A stretch of 64,000 nucleotides of DNA. Origin: Vitrella brassicaformis CCMP3155. Its lineage: Eukaryota > Protista > Chromerida. Location of the stretch: positions 248,001 to 312,000 of the forward strand of contig CDMY01000613.1 of the NCBI GenBank assembly GCA_001179505.1, in the 5' to 3' direction. The stretch's first letter is position 1. Each line of letters opens with the position of its first letter. The translations under genes were made by a program, and so were the position numbers. The notes under the pieces are model-generated. The model made no database searches. It was given only the letters and a program-made list of their open reading frames with translations, and was not told the origin of the DNA. Shown here one piece after another: positions 35,975 through 47,130 of the stretch.

Positions 35975-38900
35975 CTAGTCTGTGATAATTGTGACGGGTA
36001 TGCTGTCATCACGGAAGTCGACAACGGTCCTATACTCTCCAATCATCGCCTCGACAATACCTTCTGTGGCAACGAAAGCCTCTCCTCGCTGCGCATCCAA
36101 GAAGAGTTTGACGGTCGGCGGCGTGATGGCGCCCAAACCGAGTTTGTAGGGCCTTGTTCTTTTGGTCGTCTTGGCGGGAATGCGCTCCGGATCACTGCGC
36201 CAATCCAGACTCGTTCGGCCAATCTCTCTGATAGTAGATGCACAGCAGTGACAGATTCATGAGCAGACTCCCGCCACAGGGCAGGGGACATTGATTCGTG
36301 TGGTGCATGACGTGTTCATCACTGACTGTCCATCTGCAAACATAGTTGTGTCGATGTAGAGCAGCAGCAGATCAACAGAGAAGGGGTTTTGGACGATGAG
36401 ACGAGAGTTGATGTCCGGGGGCCTGCCTGGAGCTGGCAATGCCTGCGAAGCAGCAGACACGTCAAGCGAGACATCAAGAGAGACATCAAGAGAGACATCA
36501 AGAGAGGTACACACAATGTGTGGCTGACCCCCATGGTGAGTTCTGCGCCCTGCATCAACTCGGCTGTCCCCCCTCCCAGCGCTATCCGTGACTCCCATCG
36601 ACTCAGCGCCTTCTTCAGCAGCTGCACATCCGTGCTGCCCTCACTGCCCTTGAGCACCACAGCAATGTCCTTGCCCGACACATATTGCGATATCACCCGC
36701 CGAGGGCCCTGAGCTTTATCACCCGACACCGTGGGGAATAATCGCACATCAATGGACATCTTCGCCTCTGTGCCGGGGAGCAGGGCCAGCTTGTAGATGG
36801 TGACCTCACCCACGTGCACCAGCGTGTCTCCACTTTCCGCTGGAGGCACCGCTTCCTCGACTGCACGCGGCGTGGCAGCAAGCGAGCCCCCTTCAGCAGA
36901 CATGGGGGGAGGGAAGAGCCGAGGCCGCTCCGGAAGATCCTTCTCGCCAACGTAGATATCCAGCCGCACGTCGCCTAGCTCGGCGCCGAAGGATGCGCCA
37001 CCCTTGAGACCGATCTCTGTGCTCATGATAAGGCCATCAGTCCGGCCACCTGAGACGGTGACGTTTCCTACCGCCAGGGAATCGTCGCTGATGCCACCCA
37101 AGTCTGCAGGGCGAGAGAAAAGCACAGCATATCATCAAGCACCAGCCATAGACGTGCTCAAGCCACTCCTTCTTCTGTCTGTCCGTGTGTGTGAGTGCAT
37201 ACGTTTGAGGTCCTGGTCGATGTTAATGTTGATGCCATCCAGGTTGAGCTCGCCGAGGTTGGTCGCGACCGCAATCGATGCCTGTCCGGCCAAGTAAAGC
37301 CTTGTTGCCCCAGGATCATAAAAGACAGCGGCGAGGAAGTCCTCGAAAGCACTCTCCTCACTCTCTGCGACCACGAGCAGGGCATCATCGAAGACTGCTC
37401 GGAATCGTAAGGGCTCTGGGGCTGAGAGGTCAGCTGTGGTGACGGTGAGCCGGCCGATTTGCACCGGTGCATCTTCAGGTTCGCCGTCCATCTCAGGGAG
37501 AAAGGCACGAGACAGGTCCGTGACCAAAGTGACCCGGATTATCTGAGCCAAAAGGAAAACATCACTTGCTTCTCACTCTCCCTGACTATGCACTAACGTC
37601 AAAGAAAATGTCGATTCCTTCCGGCAGCGCAAGTCCCACCGCCACATCGCCCTGCAGCACGGGGCTATCACCCCCCACAAACGAAATGACCAGGCCGCCG
37701 ATTTCCACGTCCCTCAGGAAAGACATTCCCGTGCTCGTGAGGAGAGATATTTTCAAGGATATTGCCATCTCTATCGCAGATATGGCCTGCTTCACCCAGT
37801 AGGGAGTCGGGGAGTCGTCTTTCTCCGCCCCCTTAAGTGTAATCGCAACGTCATCACCTGACACGACCGACGTCATCAGGCTGGCCGCCGTAGGGAGGTC
37901 AGTGTACCCGGGGGTGAGCTCTCCGACGATGTTAAGGTTGTTGCCGCCTGAGCTGAGTCTGAGATTGGGTGCGGTGAGACGGGCAAGGGGCTTGTCGTCG
38001 ACATAGGCATCGAGTTTGGCGGTCCCAATATCCATGTAGGCTATCAAGGGACCCGTCCGCCCCACCGACTCTGCCCCACCGACCTGCAGGTTGACGGCCG
38101 CGTCGAGCTGTAGGCCATCACTCGCATCAGACAAGCCCCAATTTTGCAGTCCTCCCTCATCGACACCGACACCAAGGCCGGAGAGAGTGATTTCATTGCG
38201 GAAGGGAAGATCGTACACGTAAATGCGGCCAAGGTCGGACATGACGGAGGCTTCTACCGTCCCATAGACGGTGAGGGGGAGGCCTCCCTCTCGCTTCGCC
38301 TTCCCTCCCACAAGGTCGGCAGCCAGAGCACCGAAAGCCCTCCCTTTGTCGGGGAAGATGAGATCCGTATCCTTGAAGGATAGAATAGCGACCTGCCTGC
38401 CGCCTGAGGATTCAGTGGTGACGTCCACGAGGCCGGTGTCCGCATATCCAATCAGATCGTCGCTCTGATTGAGCTTCATGATCACCCGGACCTGCTGCAC
38501 TGTGATAGGTAAGTCAGGCCCTAAAGGCGATTCAACCCCTGCTCGCACAATAGCTTCGAACATAACGGCATCATTCACAGAATCGTCGCTCCCGCGTCGT
38601 GCAGTGATGCCAATGTCCGAGACACGGACGTCACCAAAAGCCCCACCGCTGTCTCCGACCACATCTATGTCGACCTCAATTGCCTGGGCCACCTGCTGCA
38701 GCCACTCCGGGCTTGCCCGCCATGAAGCGGTGTCCTCTAGACGGATGGACTTACCCACCAGCTTCAGAGCTGCCGGTTTACCCCCAATGTACTGCGATAC
38801 GAACGAGTCGAGAGCGTCGCGGTCGCTGCCAGTCGTCGGCCGAACAAGTGAGCCCACTACTGCCATCTTGTTGGCGCCTCCCTTGAGTGCCAGCGGCTTC

Positions 38901-41900
38901 AAGCTGATGTCTCCAAGAATACTGCGTATGGCGTTCTGCCCGGGCGGCATATGTGTCACGTCAAAGACGGTAGTGCCGAAGTTGAGGCTTAACGGGAAGG
39001 ACTCTGGCAGGGCGAGATCTAGAGTTGAGACAATGCCAAGTCCGGTCCGGCCGGGGGGAGGATCACCGAACTGAATCTTGTCCAGTGAGGCGCTGGATAG
39101 GTCAATGGACCCAGCGTCGTCTCCCAACAAGGGCAAAATAGTCTCAAGAGGCATTTTTCCGATAGGCAGGGTGCCAAGAATGCTGCCAACCGTCACTGCG
39201 GCTGCACCGACAAGCTGCAGCGTAAGCTGCTGTGCTGACGGCCGGTCTTCCGATAGTAGCAACTTGACCAGGTCGGCAAATGCCTTGCCGTCTTCCTCTA
39301 CCTTCAGTGTGCCCTCAAACTCCCAGCGGATGTTGAGATGGTTTGTGTTGACGCCTGTCTCCCTGTTCATGAGCACTGCAGTCTGTGGTGGCACACGAAG
39401 AACGCCGATCTTCTTGCCATTTGGCCCTTGAAGATTGCCATTGATGGCGAGCTCTTGCACATCGAGACGGGAATCTGGCCCAAGCGGATCTCTGACCCTA
39501 ACCACTAGGGCCCCCCTGAGCTGCACATCGTCGTCCCCAACAGGCTCCAAGCTCAGAGACGAGGCGTCTACCGACTCGACAAGGGAGTCGCCACCCAAGA
39601 TGCTGAAACACGAGAAGGAAGGAATGAAGTGTTCCATGTACCATTGAGACTGATCAGCTCACCCAGTAGTCGGCATGGATAATGCGACGCCACTGAGCAC
39701 CCGGGTCAGCCAAACAGGCGGTCTCTGCCTCATGGACCTTGGCATGATTTTTATCGTCGCCATGTCATCGCTGCCGAAGAGCGCATTCACCAGCTCGCCA
39801 AAGAATGCCTCAGAGTCCACCCCCTGGGGCGACTGCAGCATGCCCCTGACCTCCAGACGCGACTCCTTTGGCGCTGGCGCCAGGTTGGTTTCCATTGTTC
39901 TGAAATCGCCTATCCTTTGCGTGGTCCCGCCGACGTCCCGCTGTACAATCCACTGCATATCGGCAAGTCCCAGGCCAATTGGCGCAGGATTGCGGATAGT
40001 CAGTGCCACCGAGATCACCATTCCGTTCGCACTCTCGCCGGACTGCTGCAATGACCGCGGCCCGCCTTCTTGTGGCTGAGGTTGCAAAAAGCCTGGTGCG
40101 ATGGGAGTATCGGAGCCCGAGGGGAAGAGAAATTCCTCGATCGTCAGATTGTGCATCTCGAACAGAGACGTGGCGGCATCTCCCTCGTCTCCTGAGCCCC
40201 CCATGGACAGCTCCCTATCGATCTCCACTTCGCCCAATTGCAAGCGGCCTAATGGGGTGTCGACAGTAGCATCTATCCTCCCGACTAACCGAACAACATC
40301 AACAGTGCCAGATGATGTCTCCTCGCCGACAGAATCGAAGATCCTCTGTTTGAAGGTCACGAAAGTGTCGAGATCGTCCACTACGAGGGGGACGGAGAGC
40401 GGGACCGTCACGGCAAGTCGGCTAGAGCCATCACTCTGAAGGAGACACAATGAGGCAGATGAAGTCCCGCCTTCTGTCGGAGGGTTTCTGCTTACACCAT
40501 TGACGTATCTCCTATCCTCCGTCTTGACGGGTGGAGACTCGATCCTCCCTAACACAGGCGCATCGTTTCTTGCTCCATTCACCAGTGAAAGAGACATCGC
40601 CACAGATTCGATCACAATGTCCTGAGATGAGCCCAAAGGGTTGTTGATCACGACGTCAAATGAGCCCTCCATGGGAATGGCAGACAGCTCAGCACCGTCC
40701 TGCACTTCGTCGAAGCGCAAATACAAGTCCTGGGTCTCAACCGATTCAATCAATTCTCCCCCACGGATAGACTCCGTCAAGCTGTCTAGGCTGAACGAAG
40801 AATTCCCCGCACAAATGAAGCCAGGAGACAGACAGATCACGAGGTGTATGGAATGACATGCGTCTCTTATGACCTTGTCATGGTCGTATCGAATTTCACG
40901 CCCTCCGCTACTTTCGTCACCCAGGCCGGCAGCATCTCTTGTTCCCCGCTACTGGTCCCGACAGGGTAGCCTAGTCGCACCCCTTCCAGTCCAATTCTCA
41001 AAGGGGTGGCTGCCAGAGCCGCCTGTATCAACTCCTGAGCTTGCCTCTCGTTGGCCTCTGTGCGCCATAGGTAGCCCCTAAGCCGCACTTGGTTGTCGCC
41101 CGGCTCGAGTACAAAAGGTGTGTTAATCTCCAGTGCACCGACGTCTTGGTTGCCATATCTCAATGCGCCCAACAGGGTCAGTTTGCCGAAGTCGATCGTC
41201 AACGCGAGGGTTGACGTCAGTGTGATGGCAATCTCTGTCGCAAGCTTGCTCTGAAGGACCGCCACTCTGCCGTATTCCCCAAAAACATTCGCCATTTCGA
41301 GGGCCGTAAGGTTGTCGAAGTCCTCGACGAGACGAAAGTCATCCACACTGACCTGAAGGCTTTCTTTTTGCTGACCATCCTCTGCCTCGCCAGACAGATC
41401 GAAATTTGAAGTTACACGTAATCCGTCGAGGTTCAGCCGGCCCAGTGGAGTCTGCACGTCGACTCTGGCACTACCTTGGATGCCAAGAGGGGCGGCAATC
41501 GTGGTCGTACGCTCCATGAGGCTGCTGACAGTATCGGCAAATAGCGATCCATCTCCCGTGGGGCTGAGAATGCCCTGCAGGGGGAAATCAAGACGGATCT
41601 TGCCGTTGTCGAGCACCTGCATGGACCGACCGACACACAAACTGGACACACTTCCATCCTACAATGTCAGATTGTTATCGGTGTCAGTTCACAACTCGCC
41701 TTCTGTTCGATCGCAAGGATCTTCGTCTGCTGTTTGACTTCAGCGAAGCACTCCCCGCGTCTCGACAGTAGATTAGCACTCAACTCGAGGTTTTCGACCG
41801 TCACGGGCGACCGTTCCCCCAACGGGTTGACAATGATTACCCCCACCTCAGCTACAACACTTATGGCTCGCTGTGGCTCTGTCAGGCCTCCTAGATCAGC

Positions 41901-44900
41901 CTGGAGACCGCGTATCGACACGTCCTCGACCAATTCACCTCCACCCGTCAAATCGCTCAGTGGGGGAAGCTTCGTCTCGATGGCCACCGTGCTCAATGCC
42001 TCCTCAAGCCACTTCGGCGGCCCTCTTTCTTGCACAAAGGGCACTGTCTTGACGATCACGGGAAGATTGCCGCCTTTGACATACTCGCTGAAACGCCGAG
42101 ACACAACGGCTAGGTCCGAGGCTGCCGGGTTGAGTCTCCCGGTGAGCTTGATGGGCGTCCTGCCTGGGCGCAGGTAGACCGCTCTTGCCTGCACGATGCC
42201 AAGCAGCACAGCCAAAGCCCGTGCCTGCAGCAGACGTCTGGCGGGATTGGCAGGGCCAGCGTCACTGGAAGGTGGCAGGTACAGTTCGAAGGAGAGGTCA
42301 CCCAAATATAGCGATGCCTCCGATGGGTTGAGGATGTCTGCCGTCGCCGAGATAGCAAGTCCCTGATCGTCCGGCGGTGGCCCCTCAAAGACGAACGAAT
42401 TCAGGTCGACCGATATGCCCTCGCTCTCCTGGCTGCCCATTGGGAGTGTCATATCGAGAGGTATGGCCGACAGCTGCAGGGGAATATCAAAGTATGTCCG
42501 ATCCCCATCGTCATTGACAGTGGCGCTGACGTCGATGTTCATTTCCGCCGTTCCACTCATCCGCAGCAAGGCATAACCCTCCCGAGCAAGGTCGGACACG
42601 AAAGCTGCGAACGGTATGGTCAGGCCTGGCTCGCGAAGGGCTGCATTGTCCAATGCGAGAGCCTCCCTCTCGAGAGTGATGGTGTCATTGATCTGGAAAA
42701 GCAGTCTGAGCTTGTCGTTGCCGTCCACTTGCTTAACCTCTTGGACTAGAGGAGCGCGGCTAGAGAGAATCAGGCGACCGATGGTGAATGAGGGAGAGTC
42801 CTCGCTCTCTCGATAATAGAGTGTGGAGTTGATGGAGACGTTGCGGACGGCGAAGGGCACGTCGGGGCCGAAGGGCCTGATGGCGGTGGCGTCAAGGACA
42901 CCTGAGATGATGATGGTGTCTTCATCCACCGGCTCCAGCGACAGGTTGAGAACGTCCACATCTTCCAAGAGCTCATCGCCCAGGCCACTACGAGAAAAGA
43001 CACACACACACACCAGAGGAGCATTTGTGTGTTCCTGATGAGTGTGTGACTACATCTTCAATTGGTGCGTACCCAGCCAGACTAAATTCCAATGCCAGCT
43101 GATCGACTATCGAACCCAGCCATGGAGGCATCTTCGTTTGCGTGCCTTGCTTGTCGTCATGGCCAGTCACTTGGATGGGCAGCGATCGACCCTGAAACAA
43201 ACCTTGTACCAATCTGCTCATCTCCTCCGGCACAGTAGACGCTTGCGCGTGCTCATCCGCCGCTATCGGACCTTCCAGGCGTAGCCGAGACACGTCTGGT
43301 GCTGGCACGATGGTGGGAGACACCATCTTCAGATCGCCGCGAAGGGCCAGTGATTTGAGGTATACATGCAGCGGTAGATCCAGGTCATCGAATATCACGC
43401 CGAACTCCGAAGGGTTCGCTACAGCAACGTCAATCAAGACCTCCATCGTGAGGTCTTTCGTCGCATACGAGCCCCCCGGTCCCCGAAACGGCGATGACGG
43501 GTTGATCTCCAGCTTCGTGACTTCGAACATGACGAGCTTAGGCCCTAGGCTGTCGAAGAGATTACCTGGCGGGAGGGATGTGACCTCGTCCACCGGCAGG
43601 TTGGAAAGGTCGAGGCGACCAATGGGCGTATCGACGCTTGCTGATACATTGGCGTTGATAATCAGCCCGACAGGTGCATTCGAAGCTCTCCCACCGAACA
43701 GAGTGTCTGTGGCAAAGGAAACAATTGTGTCGCCGCTCCCGATAAGGACCATATCGCCGATGAGTGGCATGCGTATAGCCAGGTTGTCTGGTGTGCTGGC
43801 GTTCATCATGATGGCCTTGCTGGGGTATGTATTGACGCGCGTGAGAGGGCTGCCGTCGGACCCGCTGATGGTAGCGGCCAGACTGTAAGTCTCCACAATC
43901 ACCTGCTGTCCTCGAAGGGGGTTCTGAATCTCGACGTCGAGGGTGATATTCAGTGCCAGCCGATCAGCGATCTCACTGATGGTGACAGTCACGCTGTCGT
44001 ACTCGAGACTTTGCACCAGCTCTGAGACACAGCCCGCCGTCTCACTTGTCTTTTTGGTCAGCTCGCACAGGGGTGGAAGCGTGGTGATGGTCTCGAAGGA
44101 GGACACAGCGTCATAAAACCATTGAGGCCGGCTTGGAATCCTCTCTGAAAAAGTCCACAGTGCGCCCTTCGGTGGCTGGACGATCGCCACTCGCAAAGAC
44201 AGAGGCTCCTCGCGCAGATAGGCTGAAAGCCCTTTAGAGACTGCAGGTAGGTCACTCTCGTCAGGCCTCAAGCGTCCCTCGAGAGCTAGTGTGTTGTTGC
44301 CTGGCATGATGTTGACATTGTACGCCACCAGGTAGCCGAGGAAAGCCGCGCTCTGGAGACGTCTCCCTCTCGACAACTGTGCATCGCCCTCCAGTGTGAT
44401 TTCAAAGGCAAGGTCCCCCAGCGAGATTGACGCGTCTGAAGGGTTGATCAGCGTGGCGTTGGCAGCAAGGTCAAGTGCATCTTCCTTGCTGGTGGATACA
44501 AAGTCGAAAGCCGACAACTCGATCGCCAGACCTTTATCGGCCCCACCTTCGCCGGTGTTGCTTCCCAGGCCCGTGAGCTCCTGTGCTGTCTCGATGGTCA
44601 GGTTGGGAAGAATAAGTGGCCCCAGTGCGGTTTCCAGTCGCACTTCAGCGGCACCTTCCTTGATCAACATAGAGACCGACGGCTCAGTCAGGAATGCTCT
44701 GGTGAAGGCGCTGAAGGGCTTCCCATTCTCTGTTAGCGTCATAGTGCCATCGAGGTCGAACTCCAATGGCCTCTCAGCAGACAGGTGGCGGCCCGCGTAT
44801 GGGTATCCAATATAGCTGGACGTCTGCTTGACGATTAAGCTGGACGCAACGTACGGGCCATTGCCATTCAGCCAATCGTACTTGGACATGTCTGCCGCAA

Positions 44901-46864
44901 ACACGCACTGGCAATGCACACAGTCTATTGGTTATCCCTCTGCAAATGCTCTGTTTACTTGGAGGCGAGTCGCCACGTGCGACTGGCTTGAGAAGGGCGC
45001 GCAGCTTGGCGATGCATGGCTCTCCTGCCGCATTGCCGTCATGGATGGAAGCGGTCATATTCACCTATGTAGCAGAGCACACCAGCAGCTTTGATGATGC
45101 GAATTAAACCCCTTGCTTTTCTTCTCTCTTTCCCTCCTTGCTTTCCCTCTCACCTGATCGACATCTATCGGAGAGTTTTCCCCCAAGGGATTCTCGAACA
45201 CCACCTCTACCCTGCCACCAAGGCCAACCGTCGTGCCGCTCGCAGTCGATGGTTGGTCATCCGGGGTTAGGTCGATCCGCAGGCCTTCGAAGGATAGAGA
45301 TTTGAACACGCCACCCAGGTTGGGCAGAGGACCGATCGATGGAGAGACCTCCAGTGCTTCGACAGCAGCTGTGATGTCGATACACACACACATGAAAATC
45401 GTCTTCTGATCAGCACAGCCCTCACATCTTTCTCCTTGACCCCCTCTGGCCGTGGCTTACTTACAGTTGAAGACTGTCTTGGTCGTCCCGTTGCCGTCCA
45501 CAATCACATTTTCTGGAAATGCGCCGTCAACCACGGCCGCCACAAATTTACTGATCACCCCCGCCCTCTCCGGAGACCCCTCCCCGGCCACAACCACCTC
45601 CAGCTTTCCGTTCATCTGCCACTTGTTTTGTCCTGGCTGTATGGACGCCTGGCTGGCTTTAAGGGATCCGACAGAGATGCCTTTGTAGACAAGGCTGAGA
45701 CTGACGTCGCCGAGCTGGTTGATAGTCAGCTTAGAGGCAGACTCGAATTGGGCGGTGAAGGAGATGTCGACCCCGCCGGAAACCTTGTCACTGCCGTCCA
45801 TTCTGATGTTTCCGGTACTAAAGTTCGTCAGAGCTGAGCCCAAGGATGATCCCATTGCTGCACACCGAGTACACATGAAGCCAGAATACATGTAAGAGCT
45901 TCTGTCTCGCTATGTTGTTGAATCGGTCACCATCGGCGTCCAGCGTCCTGTCGAATTCCAGGTCTGATATGCCGATCTTGATCCCAATCAAAGTGATGTG
46001 CACTGTGAAGGGCTTAGGAGCCACCACACGCCACGTCGGCCGGCTCCCATCGCCACTTTCTCGAACCAGCTGTGCGGTAAAGCGATTCCACGCATCGATG
46101 TCCGTGATGGTGAAGGAGGTGTTGAAGGCAAGCGCGGATCGGCTGCCCTTGAGCCGCATCTTTGGCATGGTAAACCTGCCGAGTCTGCTCTCACCGCTCG
46201 CCTCCACTCCATACGTGTCCAGCGAGAGTGGTGGCAAATCGGCCTCTATGTCCGAACCGAAACTGCTGCGGCGAAGCTCGGCATCGATCTTAATGTAAAA
46301 GCCGTCTTGTCTCGGTGCGGTGATATTGATGCTGTCGATGGCCAGCTCACTCGATCCAATGACTGACTCGACGATAGGCTTCAGGCCGACAGTAAAGAAA
46401 AGTGCCAGACCCACACCCATCAGCAGAAGCAAAGCCACGGCCACAATGGCCGATATACATAAGCAGCGCTGCCATCGATTGCCTCGAAGCGGCCGCGTCA
46501 GCCAAGCAATGACTGAGCCGCCTAGTCTCTTCTTCCCGGAGGGGGAGAGTTCGGTGCGCGAGGATGGAGCAGGTTGCGGGCTCCGTGGCGTAGATGATGG
46601 TGATGACGGCTGACCGGCTTCCAATCTGGATCTGCCCGTGCACGGAGAGGGGGTCGCGGCCGAGCGGTTGGCTGCAGGGCTGGCCGCTGCTGGGGCTGCG
46701 GCTGATCTTGCCCAGGACGTGAAGTTGAGGACGCGTTGGACGACAGATGCGCTGACCGTGGTATTTGTCCGCCCAGTTGATCCCGCATCGTCATCTGTTC
46801 TCAATGCGCTCATGGGGGATGGCTTTGGCGAATGAGTCTCCTGAAATTCAGCAGGCTGACTCAT
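35975..46864 (-). CDS. Giant type II membrane protein (about 3,300 aa) built of tandem DUF3712/Tag1-like (LEA_2-related) beta-rich modules
   Basis: ATG 46864 and an N-terminal TM (CISAIVAVALLLLMGVGLALFFTVGL). Then IVESVIGSSELAIDSINIT...LGRFTMP...FTITDIDAWNRFTAQLV, and recurring NPS/NPL, LGDL, F.+.+SQY+.G and PxWL..A+ motifs. Long exons with short GT-AG introns. Last exon ends EYRTVVDFRDDSIPVTIITD* (35975). Confidence 0.75.
36469..36507. repeat. Short 12-bp tandem repeat (GAGACATCAAGA, about 3 copies) in an intron
   Basis: Directly visible; lies inside the predicted intron near the 3' end of the DUF3712 gene. Confidence 0.8.
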
Positions 46865-47130
46865 CTTCGGCCGGCTGAACAGACGAAGTAAGGACTGGCT
46901 TCGGAAGCTGCGATGAGGGAACAGACGCGGTCGTGACGGTGCTGTGAGTCAGTCTCGGGGCTGAATGCGGGGGGTCTCGGGAGTGGCAAAGACGGATCGT
47001 TACAGCAAATGCCCGAAGTATGCGAGAGTGTGCATTTGGAGGGGGAGGGAAGGGGCTCGCGCTCAAGTTGGGGCCGTTCAGGCACGCAGTGGCCCCAAGT
47101 TCTGCGGGCAGCTCGCCGAGCTTCTGGAAA
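46865..47130. promoter_or_regulatory. Putative bidirectional promoter (DUF3712 repeat gene / GMC oxidoreductase)
   Basis: Divergent ATGs at 46864 and 47131 (266 bp apart). Confidence 0.45.

Noticed and set aside
36469-36507. 12-bp direct repeats as a possible CRISPR-like or mobile-element signature
   Set aside because: Contiguous tandem units with no spacers, inside an intron; a simple minisatellite.
35975-46864. Assignment of the giant repeat protein to VPS13/ATG2/AsmA bridge-like lipid transfer proteins
   Set aside because: No Chorein-N or other RBG-family hallmark is recognisable; the motifs fit DUF3712/LEA_2-type modules better.
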